64,000 nucleotides of DNA, taken from assembly GCF_044385915.1 (NCBI RefSeq), contig NZ_JBISCC010000113.1, positions 12,152-76,151 on the forward strand, read 5' to 3'. Made by a program: the position numbers and the translations under genes. Under the pieces are notes generated by a model. That model searched no databases. It was not told the origin of the DNA and saw only the letters and a list, made by a program, of their open reading frames with translations. Source of the stretch: Thalassobellus citreus (GTDB lineage Bacteria; Bacteroidota; Bacteroidia; Flavobacteriales; Flavobacteriaceae). Of this stretch, positions 53,196 through 63,150 are shown piece by piece (position 1 is the first letter of the stretch; each line of letters begins with the position of its first letter).

Positions 53196-54404
53196 ATGTC
53201 AACCGTAAAAACCGTATTAAGAAAAACAAAACTTGCTGATGGTAGTTATCCCATCTCTTTAAGAGTATCGAAAGATAGGAAATCGAAATATTTTCAAACG
53301 ATATTTAGAGCTTTCCCAATGGAGTGGAATCAAACAACGGGAAGCTTTACCAATAAAAATTCAAATAGTACCCAAAATAACAGGTTACTTCTTAAATTCA
53401 AGGATAGGGCTTTAAAAATTCTTTCGGACTTAGAAATGGAAAAAGGTGATTTCACTTTAAGAGATTTTGAAAATCGTTTTAGAATTGTGTCCAATCCAGT
53501 ACAGCAAAATGTTTTTTATTTTTGGGATGAGATTATTGGTGAAATGATTTATGCAGGAAGAACCGGCAATGCACGCGTTAATAAAGAAGTGTTCGCTTCT
53601 TTAAATTTATTTCATAAAAGCACTAGACTTAACTTTAAAGACATCACCCCTTCCTTTTTAAATAAATATGAAGCTTTCTTAAGGTCAAGAGGCGGAAGCG
53701 ATGGAGGCATAGGTGTGCGAATGAGAACCATAAGAGCACTATATAACTTTGCTATTGAAAGAAAAATAGCTAAAGAACAGGACTATCCCTTTAAAATTTA
53801 TAAGGTATCAAAACTAAAAGGCAAAAACCTTAAAAAGGCTTTAAGAATGGAAGAAGTCCTTAAGATTAGAGATTTTGATTTAGTAAAATATCCATGGTAT
53901 GTCAATACTAGAAACTATTTTATATTTAGTTTTTACACCAGAGGCATGAATTTTGCCGATATGATGAAACTTGAATGGAAGGCAATTGACAATGATAAGA
54001 TATATTATACAAGATCTAAAACTAAGGGGAATTTTAAAATTAAAATTCTACCCCCTGTCCGAGAGATTTTAAATTATTATAAAGAGTTTGCCATTGATAC
54101 TAAATATGTTTTCCCTATTCTTTTGAAAAATAACTTGACCCCTCCACAATTGGAAAACAGAAAACATAAAACTCTTCAACGCTATAACAAAGAATTAAAA
54201 GAGATTGCAGAAATATGCGGAATTGATAAACCCCTAACAAGTTATGTAGCCAGACATAGTTTTGCAAACTGTTTAAAACAAAAAGGAGTCGCTACCGATA
54301 TTATTAGTGAGTCCATGGGGCATCAAAATCTTAGTATCACACAAACTTATCTCAAGGAATTTGATAATTCTGTTTTAGATGAGGCGATTGAAATTTTGGT
54401 TTGA
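53196..54404 (+). CDS. Tyrosine-type site-specific integrase
   Basis: ARHSFAN..GHQNLSITQTYL catalytic R-H-R-Y blocks. Confidence 0.85.
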   Translation: MSTVKTVLRKTKLADGSYPISLRVSKDRKSKYFQTIFRAFPMEWNQTTGSFTNKNSNSTQNNRLLLKFKDRALKILSDLEMEKGDFTLRDFENRFRIVSNPVQQNVFYFWDEIIGEMIYAGRTGNARVNKEVFASLNLFHKSTRLNFKDITPSFLNKYEAFLRSRGGSDGGIGVRMRTIRALYNFAIERKIAKEQDYPFKIYKVSKLKGKNLKKALRMEEVLKIRDFDLVKYPWYVNTRNYFIFSFYTRGMNFADMMKLEWKAIDNDKIYYTRSKTKGNFKIKILPPVREILNYYKEFAIDTKYVFPILLKNNLTPPQLENRKHKTLQRYNKELKEIAEICGIDKPLTSYVARHSFANCLKQKGVATDIISESMGHQNLSITQTYLKEFDNSVLDEAIEILV

Positions 54405-54540
54405 AGGTAAATTAAATACAGCTGTTCCTAATGGCAATTGATAGATTTCAGTAGTCAAAAAAAAAGTCCTATTTTAACACTAATCTGTTTAGATTTTATA
54501 CCAAACAAACTATTTTTGCTCACTAATTTAAAAAAAATTT

Positions 54541-54717
54541 ATGAAAGAATTAATTGAAAAAATCAACGCAGAAATTGAAACATTCAAAAAAGAATCAGCA
54601 TCATTAATTGAAAATGGAGTAAAAGCTGCTGGGCCAAGAGCACGTAAATCAACTTTAGGACTAGAAAAATTACTAAAAGAATTTAGAAAAGTCTCTATAG
54701 AAGAAGCTAAAAAATAA
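54541..54717 (+). CDS. Small lysine-rich histone H1-like DNA-binding protein (58 aa)
   Basis: MKELIEKINAEIETFKKE..AAGPRARKSTLGLEKLLKEFRK. A terminator hairpin follows (gccctc..gagggcttttttt). Confidence 0.5.
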   Translation: MKELIEKINAEIETFKKESASLIENGVKAAGPRARKSTLGLEKLLKEFRKVSIEEAKK

Positions 54718-54906
54718 ATAGCCGCAAACAAACTGCCCTCCTGACTTTCTAGAGGGCTTTTTTTATAGGCAACTTTGAATATAAAACCAGCATCAAATAC
54801 CTTAATAATACAACAATACTAAATTTCTTTAATTCGAATTAATTTTGATTAATTTTAATCTTGCCAGATAACCAATATTTCTAAGGACTCAAACAGACAT
54901 ATTAGA

Positions 54907-55803
54907 TTAATAGATAAGTAAACTTTCTAGTTCCTTCATATTGAAATTATGCTTTTTTGGGTTATTTTTCTTAAGGGCTAACAGGTTTTGTAACTTCCAT
55001 TGTATCGCTGGAAACTTTTCAAAATCATAAATACTCCAATCTGGAGACGTGTTTTCAAAACTGATAATAAAATTTTTGTCAGTTTCTGTTAAACCTTCTT
55101 GTACCACTTTGACTAGTTTTTCTCGTGTTTGCTCAAAATCTGTATACGAAAAAGGGTTTTCGGTCATACCCATAAATTGGTTTGCAAAAGCTTGTTCTTG
55201 ATTTATAAAATTAGGAAATAACACTTCTTTAATAGGCCTTTTACTGCTCAGTAATGTAAAGATAAAACCTTCTTTGATTTCTTGTGTAAATCCTTCATTT
55301 TCTAACAAATCCTTTACATCAAATAAATCTCTTGGATGTTGTCTATCAAACGCAGCAACTATTTTCCCACCATACAACTGTCCAAACGAGACTCCTTGAA
55401 TTGAACAAAAGACGTCAAACTCTTCTTGCGCTTTATCGCATAAAACCAAGGTACTAGAATCACCTATCAAACCTCTGACACCTTGATTTACTTCAATTTT
55501 AATTAAAGCTTGTTTATTACTTATTTGTAATTTTAGCTTATCCTTTTGATGTTCGACCAATAAATTAGGAAAAATTACATTCAGGCGTTTCTTTATTTCT
55601 CCTAAGGTATTATTGATATTAGTAAAAGATGTTGTTCTATCTTCTATAGGTATATATGTTAAGTCTATATCAACTGACAACCTAGACATATCTCTTACAA
55701 ATAAATTTATAGCGGTTCCTCCATGAAGAGCAAAACACTTTTCTTTTGCTACTTCAGGAATTACACTTAAAAGTAAACGAACTTGATTCTTATAATTATT
55801 CAT
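54907..55803 (-). CDS. AbiEii/AbiGii-family nucleotidyltransferase toxin
   Basis: CFALHGGTAINLFVRDMSRLSVDIDLTYI. Confidence 0.7.
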   Translation of the reverse strand: MNNYKNQVRLLLSVIPEVAKEKCFALHGGTAINLFVRDMSRLSVDIDLTYIPIEDRTTSFTNINNTLGEIKKRLNVIFPNLLVEHQKDKLKLQISNKQALIKIEVNQGVRGLIGDSSTLVLCDKAQEEFDVFCSIQGVSFGQLYGGKIVAAFDRQHPRDLFDVKDLLENEGFTQEIKEGFIFTLLSSKRPIKEVLFPNFINQEQAFANQFMGMTENPFSYTDFEQTREKLVKVVQEGLTETDKNFIISFENTSPDWSIYDFEKFPAIQWKLQNLLALKKNNPKKHNFNMKELESLLIY

Positions 55804-56617
55804 CGACTAAATTTTTAGGAACCGTTATTTTGTACTCTGAATCATAGACACCATCAACAACGATTTGTCGTTTCCCTTTTCCCATGTCAATATGCTCAAC
55901 GTTTACAAATTCTAGCCACGGATGGCGACACTTATTAGCCAAATATAAAAACAATCGTTTTACTTTTACAGATGTACAGGCTTCTAGCAATTGTTGCACT
56001 TGATTAGGACGTAAATTATTCAACCCTTGCATAAGCTCATAGCATTCTTTTAAATCTTGCTTTTTAGGAGCTAAATACAAGCACTCCATGATTGCTCGTG
56101 CTGCACCTGATACTTTTATATAAAATCCATTAACTTCTACATCGGTCAAACCTAAATCAGCTGGCAAAAATGACGTAGAATAATAATTTATCTCCATACC
56201 CCAATTATAGTTTTTCAACCAAGAAGGGATGCGCTCATTTTCATTTCCAAAAAGTGTAAACTGCTGTCTTGAAAATTCTAGATAATGAGCCTTTCCTAAA
56301 AGATTTAAAGCTGATTTACCACCTGGATGCACACCGAGTTTACCTTGTGATTGCAAAGCAAATATAGCTCCTTCGATGGTAGTAGTGTCACCGCTTTTTA
56401 CAAAAGCTCCATTATTTAAAGGGGTTATCCAATTGCTCTTTTTATATCGGCTCAATAACTGATGTGAATACCCATTTTCTACCAACCATGAAGTAAGGTA
56501 AACAGCATTTTGCGGCCAACCTCGTAAAAGACGGTTTATTTTATGTGATTTTTCTAAACTCAAAGTGTAGTTTTGCGCAAAATTATAAACCAAATATAAA
56601 AAATTGTTTATAATCAT
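55796..56617 (-). CDS. AbiEi-family antitoxin / transcriptional regulator
   Basis: N-terminal wHTH-like LTSWLVENGYSHQLLSRYKKSNWITPLNNGAF. Overlaps the AbiEii start. Confidence 0.55.
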   Translation of the reverse strand: MIINNFLYLVYNFAQNYTLSLEKSHKINRLLRGWPQNAVYLTSWLVENGYSHQLLSRYKKSNWITPLNNGAFVKSGDTTTIEGAIFALQSQGKLGVHPGGKSALNLLGKAHYLEFSRQQFTLFGNENERIPSWLKNYNWGMEINYYSTSFLPADLGLTDVEVNGFYIKVSGAARAIMECLYLAPKKQDLKECYELMQGLNNLRPNQVQQLLEACTSVKVKRLFLYLANKCRHPWLEFVNVEHIDMGKGKRQIVVDGVYDSEYKITVPKNLVDE

Positions 56618-56785
56618 AGCTATTTATAAATTAAAAGTTTAGTTTTTATATTAAATTTAAACCATATTCGAATATGACATTATTTATTTTACAACAGAAT
56701 ACTGATAGTAAAAACCATTTAATGAAAAGAGGTTTTTGTTACAGAAAAAAGTGTACATTATTAATTGTTTTAAAACTGAATTAAG

Positions 56786-58684
56786 ATGTTTAAACCTCCC
56801 CAAATAAATTCTGATTACTTTCTTATTGTAAATTACGAAAAGCCCTTGTTAACTGCTGTCGTTTCAAGTTATGTAAACAATGTTGGATATTATGTTCCAA
56901 CTTTTGAGTTTGCTGAGGTTACTTCAAATGCAAAGGATTTTGATGAAACAAAACTAGGTGATGGAGAAATTGATGAACATTATATAAGTAGGGTTAGGTC
57001 TCAAGAATTCAATATTAAAGTACACAACTCACTAAAACGATTAAGGGGATGCAAATATTTAATTATTATCGGTCTATCCAAAAATCAAATAAGTTATTTA
57101 GATTTTTTAAATGATTACAATACAATATATGTGGATACGATTGAGGAAGTAGACTTTACCCTAAGTCATTTGGTTGAAAAATCAGGCTATCTTCCTTGTA
57201 ATAGAAGTAATGCTTATGATGCTCTATATGTATCAATAGAAAATAACTTAATGCTTCAAATCGATGAAAGCGCAGGAGATATAGTATTTGATGATTCTAA
57301 TAAAAGGGGAGTCATAGTAGTGGATAGAGTTGATAATTCTACATTGCCTTTAGCGATAAGCTATGCAACAGCTGTAAATGCTAATTTAAAATTAATAGAT
57401 TCACCTGATGTTGATAAATCAAAATATAGAATACTTATACAAAAGTGGAAAGAGAAAGCATCTGAAGGAATTGAAGACCAATCTGCTTTTAACGATTTAA
57501 GTGCACTAATATACCCATCGCTTGAACATATTGATTTTTTGAAATATGAATTCGCAACTTTCTTTACTAAAGGAGCTCCTTATGGACTAATTCTTAAAAA
57601 CCAGATTCCTATTTCTCATGTACATCTTCAATTACTGCCAGATTTTTTTCTTTTTAATAATATTCAAATTGATAGCTTTTCTGACACTCCAAGTGCAGTA
57701 GTGTTTTCTCCGTTAGAATTTCAAGATGAAGAAACGGATTCAGTAATCGATTATTTAGAAAGTAAAAATCTATTTGTGAAGTCATTGATAGGTAAGAATG
57801 CCACGGTTTTTAATCTTGATAATCATATTAAAGAATATCCTTATAGTGTGCTCCATATATGTAGTCACGGAGGTGAAATCGAAGGGTCTCGAATTACTGA
57901 AATCTTTAAAGACAGAGACGGAAATGACCATACTATTATTTATGACGAAGTTGCTACTTTTGCCTTATCTCCTTATCAAGACCTACATCCTGTTACTATC
58001 AAAAGTTTTTTTAGAACTTTTGATGGCTATATTTGGAGAAGTAAGGAGCTTAAAGCTATAGAACATCCGCAGTATATTTTCTCAGACATGACTAATCATC
58101 TCAGAAAAAAAGAGAATAAGGACAGAAGTAAAAAAGTAATCGTAGATGGTTCTTGTTATATAAAGTGTTATGTTTCTCACTCTCAAGCTATTTTTCGTCA
58201 TTTGGCTTCGGGGCATTCACCTTTGATATTTAATAATACTTGTTGGTCTTGGTTAGACATTTCTGAATCTTTTCTTGCAGTAGGAGCAAAAGCTTACATT
58301 GGAACACTTTGGGCAATAAATAATAATGTGGCTAAAATATCTGCTGAACTTTTCTATGAAGATATTTTTAATGGTACAATCATGGAAGCATTTTACAAAA
58401 TGCAGCAAAAAACGATGGGTACAAAAGATGAAAATATATATAGTTTTTGGGGGTTACATTTTAGCAAGGTTATGTCAGGTGTCAATAAGGAATCTAGTAG
58501 AAAAATAGTTTTGTTGAAAATGCACAAGTCATTACAGGTTTGGAAGGATAAGCTTGAAAATACAACTAGGGAAGGGATGAGAAAGAATATTAATGAATTT
58601 ATTGATTGGAATGCACGTGAACAAGTTAAAGATTTTAAGAAGGAGATAACAGAAATGTATTTAAGAGATAAAAAGATTAAATAA
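56786..58684 (+). CDS. CHAT-domain (caspase-like) protease with unknown 330-aa N-terminal region
   Basis: VLHICSHGG (H-x3-HG dyad) and IFNNTCWSW catalytic Cys block. Confidence 0.65.
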   Translation: MFKPPQINSDYFLIVNYEKPLLTAVVSSYVNNVGYYVPTFEFAEVTSNAKDFDETKLGDGEIDEHYISRVRSQEFNIKVHNSLKRLRGCKYLIIIGLSKNQISYLDFLNDYNTIYVDTIEEVDFTLSHLVEKSGYLPCNRSNAYDALYVSIENNLMLQIDESAGDIVFDDSNKRGVIVVDRVDNSTLPLAISYATAVNANLKLIDSPDVDKSKYRILIQKWKEKASEGIEDQSAFNDLSALIYPSLEHIDFLKYEFATFFTKGAPYGLILKNQIPISHVHLQLLPDFFLFNNIQIDSFSDTPSAVVFSPLEFQDEETDSVIDYLESKNLFVKSLIGKNATVFNLDNHIKEYPYSVLHICSHGGEIEGSRITEIFKDRDGNDHTIIYDEVATFALSPYQDLHPVTIKSFFRTFDGYIWRSKELKAIEHPQYIFSDMTNHLRKKENKDRSKKVIVDGSCYIKCYVSHSQAIFRHLASGHSPLIFNNTCWSWLDISESFLAVGAKAYIGTLWAINNNVAKISAELFYEDIFNGTIMEAFYKMQQKTMGTKDENIYSFWGLHFSKVMSGVNKESSRKIVLLKMHKSLQVWKDKLENTTREGMRKNINEFIDWNAREQVKDFKKEITEMYLRDKKIK

Positions 58685-58698
58685 ATCAAGATAAATAG

Positions 58699-61600
58699 AT
58701 GGGTGCAATTTCAGCATTAAAAGGTTATAGAACACAATTTTTATACACATTATATAGGATTCTTAAAGATTATCGAAAAAACTACACATTCAAGCCAGAA
58801 GGGTTTTATGAGGATTTAGATATTATTGATGAAAAAGGAAATTATGTAGAAGTTATTCAGGTTAAAAATAAATCAAGAACATTAGTTTTTACTGATTTGT
58901 TTTCTAATAAGGATTCATTTTTTAAGAGAGCTAGTAAGCTTATAGATAATCAGGAGAAAGCTATTGTAAAGTTGGTTTCATTTGGTGAAGTGAGTAATGA
59001 ACTAATTGAAAAATCTGCATTGTCAAAAAAGTTGCGTAAAAAGGGATTCGATTCAGTTAAAATAGATAGAATTTTAAGCAATTATCAAGTTCCAGAAATT
59101 GTTAAAGAAGAAACTTTATATAAGGAAATAATAGAGTTACTAAACGATATTAGACCTTTTTCGAATCCATCTATAGCGATAGAATTATTAGTTTTTTGGA
59201 TTTATAAATCTGCTGAAAAACAAAGAAAAATTGATGCTAAGAAAATAATATTAAATTTGGATTCTATAGGAGTATTCCTTAATGAACAAAAATCATTTTT
59301 AAACCAGTTTGGTAATACCATTTTGCCTTTTAATAATAGAACATTAAATGAAGCTAATTCGGTTAAACTAGAAGAAGAGTTTTACTATGGGGTTTCGTCT
59401 AGATATGAACATATTCTATCAAACTTAGATATTAGTAGAACAGAAAAGCTATATACTATAGATAAAGCTTTTAAAGAGACTAATGTTATATTTATTCATG
59501 GTGCTTCTGGTCAAGGAAAAAGTACTTTAGCTTATAGATATATACATGATTTTTCAGAGAGTAATACTTCATATGAATTAAAACTATCCAATAATTATAA
59601 TGAGTTATATGAAACTATTAGTAGTTTAAATGCTTTATGTAAAGAATTATCTTTTCCAATATTAATTTATATAGATATAAAATCTCAAGACGTTTATTGG
59701 AACGATTTACTTCAGCAATTATCTGTAAAAAAGAATCTTCAATTTTTGATAACGATTAGGCAAGAAGACTGGAATAGAGTTACTCTTGGTGTTGATTATA
59801 ATTTTAAAGATATAGAATTAATATTTGATAAAACAGAAGCCGAAATTATTTATAAAAGCTTATCAAAATATAAAAAGGAGTTAAAGTTTACAGATTTTGA
59901 AGAATCATGGTTAAAGTTTGGTAATAAAGGACTTTTATTAGAATATGTTTATTTAATTAATCAAGGAGACACTTTAAAAGCCAGATTAGAAAGTCAAATT
60001 AGTAGATTAGAGCAGGAAGAAAAAATAAGTGAATTAGAAACATTACGTTTTGTGTGTTTATCAGATTCCTATGGAGCTAAAATTAATTACAAAAAGCTAA
60101 TTGATTTTATTCAGATTAATAGAAGTCTATCAAACAGAGTTGTAAAAAACCTTGAAAAAGAGTATCTCTTAAAGTTTACTGAAAACAAAGAATTTTTAAC
60201 AGGGTTGCACCCTATACGCTCAGAAATTTTATGTGATATTTTATTTAAAGAGAATGATTACATTGATATTAATGATTATATCAACGATTCTATACCACTA
60301 TTGTTTGAAGGTGATATATATTCTTTTTTGCTAAATGGTTTCAATTTTGGATACGATGTTGAAACTTTTTTGGATATAGTCAAAAAATATGATTTTAAAA
60401 GTTGGATTGGAAATATTAACGTATTGAATGCCCTTCTTTGGAAAGGTGTGAGTGATTTTCTTTTTAAAAAGAATAAAGAACCTTTTGAAACACTATATAA
60501 TGAGTTTGGTACAATTTGGGAGTTAGTTTTACCTTATGATTATGCAAATGTAACTGGGGACGAAGGATTAATACCATCAAATATGTTATCGGAAGATTTT
60601 AGTCTTAGAATAAAAGATATTAAAAATAGTATATCTCCCAAAGAAGATATTTTTGAATATATTTTAAGATGGATTAGTTCTAAAGACAATATTTCATGTG
60701 AATTATGTGACAAGAAAGAACTTGTTGCTTTAGGAGAGTATACTTTTTGGATTGGTCATTTAAATCTTGACGCTAATATAGTTATTGATGAACACATACT
60801 TCTAGCTCTTTTTGATAGAGAAGTTTCTTTGAAAGATATTTCAGTATTATTACTAGGTCTTCAATCGATAAATTTTTCTGTTGATTTTATCGATAATTAC
60901 AGAAAGTTATTCTTATCAAGGTTATTAGAAGAATATAGCATTGTTGATTTAAAAGAAAGCAATGACAACCATATTTCTTGTAGTTACATTATCGATTATT
61001 TAAAGTATGAATTTGAAGAAGTAAAAGAAACAAATTATCTGCAAAATAAATCTACAGAAATTCTTGAGCTTTTGAGAAACGTTTTTCCTGATAAAGATTC
61101 TTACTCTACAAAAGCAGTGAATAATTCTTTTTTGGATATTGAGTTACCTTATGACCCTAGTAACAAAAATATAAAGCATAATTTATTGCCTTTAGGTTAT
61201 TTAGTGCAAGTAAATGGTTTAATTAATAGTTTGTTTATTCATCAATTTCGACCTGATTCATGGGAAACATACGTGTCAAAAATAATTGAAAACAGAGGGA
61301 AATATAATTTTGCATTAACAGAGGTAATTAAAGGGTTTCAAGAGTATTTTAGAAAAAGGGATTATAAAGTGTTTATAAAAGCTTTAGAGGTAGCGGAAAA
61401 GGAGTTAGAAGGAGTATACAAGGTTAAATTTCCTAAAAATATAGTTGATAAATGGGGGTATGTTTCTGAAGGGACTAATGAAAAATATTTAAATGATAAA
61501 GATGAATCATTAGTAAAGACAACAACAATAGCTTCAATAAAAAAGTATTTAGATTTTAATAAAATTAATAGAGATTACTTTTCAAGCTTAGATAATGTTT

Positions 61601-62700
61601 TTAATCAATTAGGGAGCAATATATTGTCTGTATATAAACTTTATTCAGGTGTTGAAGATTCAGAAGATTATAACCCAAATGTTCTTTACAGTAATATATC
61701 TGAAGCTTTAATTAAAGTTTCGAAATTTCAAAATGAGTTTGAAAAGCATTTTTCTAAATTTTGTAATTCAGAAAAATTAGAAAGAATAGAAAGTATTGAG
61801 AGTAGAAGTCTTGAGGCATTATTTTATAGTTGGAATCAATTTTATAATCAAGGAAATAGAAAAATTAGTAGTAAGTTATATATTAATTCAAGGAAAGAGT
61901 TTAGTGATATTAAGAAAAATCTCAGTAAAAGGTTTTTAAAAGAACGAAAAGATATTTTTGAATTAGCTGGTATTCTATTTAATGTTGAACTATCAGAGAA
62001 TACGAGTAAAAACCTTGTTGTCACAGCTGAAGTTGATTCAGAGATTTACTTTGCTTCATTACTCTATGCTAGAGTATTTATACAAAATACGCTCAGAGCT
62101 AGTTACTTTAGTGCTAAAGGAATAATGGTTAGAGACAATGTTCAATCCGTTATTTATATACCATTAATTCACGGAAAGCCAATAAATAAAAAAGCATATA
62201 GAATTCATACACATAATTTAGATGAGGAATTTGATGGAGATGATTGGTATCGTTTTTTTAGTTTTTTTGATGATATAGATAAAGAATTAATAGATTATTT
62301 GAAACTTGAATTTTGGAATGAAGAAAATGATAGTATTAGATTCTATGAATCAGTAATGGGTGAGATTACTAATATTCAACAATTTCAAAAACAAATAGAA
62401 AAAATAAATTCAGAAGCTAGAGATTTTGATTTTAATAACACTGAAGTTATATCAAAATATGTAAATAAACTTGAAAATTTTCTTAAAAATAGAAAATTTG
62501 AAATTTCAAAAGGATGGCAATCAATTGAATACTTGATTGATGATAAAGATTTTTTTAATAATGTAAACTCTCATATAATTAATTCTGATGTAAATAAGGT
62601 GTATCCAGATATATCTGATATTCAAATTCGTTTATCTGAAGAATATAATTCTTTTACTAACCGAGCTATTGAATACAAATTAAATGATATAATTGAGTGA
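58699..62700 (+). CDS. STAND/NACHT-like NTPase (1333 aa, Avs-like) with N-terminal 250-aa putative effector domain and long helical C-terminus
   Basis: Walker A IFIHGASGQGKSTLAYRY. Walker B ILIYIDIK. N-terminus has EDLDIID..VEVIQVK, possibly PD-(D/E)xK-like. Confidence 0.65.
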   Translation: MGAISALKGYRTQFLYTLYRILKDYRKNYTFKPEGFYEDLDIIDEKGNYVEVIQVKNKSRTLVFTDLFSNKDSFFKRASKLIDNQEKAIVKLVSFGEVSNELIEKSALSKKLRKKGFDSVKIDRILSNYQVPEIVKEETLYKEIIELLNDIRPFSNPSIAIELLVFWIYKSAEKQRKIDAKKIILNLDSIGVFLNEQKSFLNQFGNTILPFNNRTLNEANSVKLEEEFYYGVSSRYEHILSNLDISRTEKLYTIDKAFKETNVIFIHGASGQGKSTLAYRYIHDFSESNTSYELKLSNNYNELYETISSLNALCKELSFPILIYIDIKSQDVYWNDLLQQLSVKKNLQFLITIRQEDWNRVTLGVDYNFKDIELIFDKTEAEIIYKSLSKYKKELKFTDFEESWLKFGNKGLLLEYVYLINQGDTLKARLESQISRLEQEEKISELETLRFVCLSDSYGAKINYKKLIDFIQINRSLSNRVVKNLEKEYLLKFTENKEFLTGLHPIRSEILCDILFKENDYIDINDYINDSIPLLFEGDIYSFLLNGFNFGYDVETFLDIVKKYDFKSWIGNINVLNALLWKGVSDFLFKKNKEPFETLYNEFGTIWELVLPYDYANVTGDEGLIPSNMLSEDFSLRIKDIKNSISPKEDIFEYILRWISSKDNISCELCDKKELVALGEYTFWIGHLNLDANIVIDEHILLALFDREVSLKDISVLLLGLQSINFSVDFIDNYRKLFLSRLLEEYSIVDLKESNDNHISCSYIIDYLKYEFEEVKETNYLQNKSTEILELLRNVFPDKDSYSTKAVNNSFLDIELPYDPSNKNIKHNLLPLGYLVQVNGLINSLFIHQFRPDSWETYVSKIIENRGKYNFALTEVIKGFQEYFRKRDYKVFIKALEVAEKELEGVYKVKFPKNIVDKWGYVSEGTNEKYLNDKDESLVKTTTIASIKKYLDFNKINRDYFSSLDNVFNQLGSNILSVYKLYSGVEDSEDYNPNVLYSNISEALIKVSKFQNEFEKHFSKFCNSEKLERIESIESRSLEALFYSWNQFYNQGNRKISSKLYINSRKEFSDIKKNLSKRFLKERKDIFELAGILFNVELSENTSKNLVVTAEVDSEIYFASLLYARVFIQNTLRASYFSAKGIMVRDNVQSVIYIPLIHGKPINKKAYRIHTHNLDEEFDGDDWYRFFSFFDDIDKELIDYLKLEFWNEENDSIRFYESVMGEITNIQQFQKQIEKINSEARDFDFNNTEVISKYVNKLENFLKNRKFEISKGWQSIEYLIDDKDFFNNVNSHIINSDVNKVYPDISDIQIRLSEEYNSFTNRAIEYKLNDIIE

Positions 62701-62808
62701 AACAAGTTTAAAATGCTTTAGTCTGCCCCAAAATGTACACTATCCTCTTTTCATATAATGCCAAATTCAACAAAATTTGCTATTGAGAATAATATTTGGA
62801 AATTGAAT

Positions 62809-63030
62809 TTATGCTTTCTTGGGCAGCTTTATATCTTTACAAACCTCCTTTAATAATTCACTTGGATCTTCATCAATTGCAAGTGCTATTAAGTATAATT
62901 CTTTTACTTTTAATTGTGTGTTTTCATTATTTGAGAGTTCGCTTAATCGCGTTTTACTAAGTCCAGTCTTGCGGGATACATCTGATCTATTTATTGATTT
63001 CTTAGCAAAGTAGAGTCCTAATTTTGTCAT
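62809..63030 (-). CDS. XRE-family HTH transcriptional regulator
   Basis: SRKTGLSKTRLSELSNN HTH. Confidence 0.6.
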   Translation of the reverse strand: MTKLGLYFAKKSINRSDVSRKTGLSKTRLSELSNNENTQLKVKELYLIALAIDEDPSELLKEVCKDIKLPKKA

Positions 63031-63150
63031 GGAATTATCATTTTTTCAGTATATAAAGTTAATATTTAAGATAAAGCTTTCTGGTTTTCTAAACTTTTAT
63101 TTGTTCGTTTATCATATTATGTGTACATTAGTTCCGTTTATGTTAAATAT

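Noticed and set aside
54528-54731. 67-aa minus-strand ORF from the ORF track
   Set aside because: The opposite strand (54541..54717) encodes a lysine-rich 58-aa protein matching a histone H1-like family recalled from Bacteroidota annotations, and is followed by a terminator. The minus-strand translation has no features.
57798-58689. Short ORFs 57798..58061, 58326..58508 and 58393..58689 overlapping the CHAT gene
   Set aside because: Alternative-frame or antisense ORFs within a 632-aa ORF that carries clear CHAT motifs.
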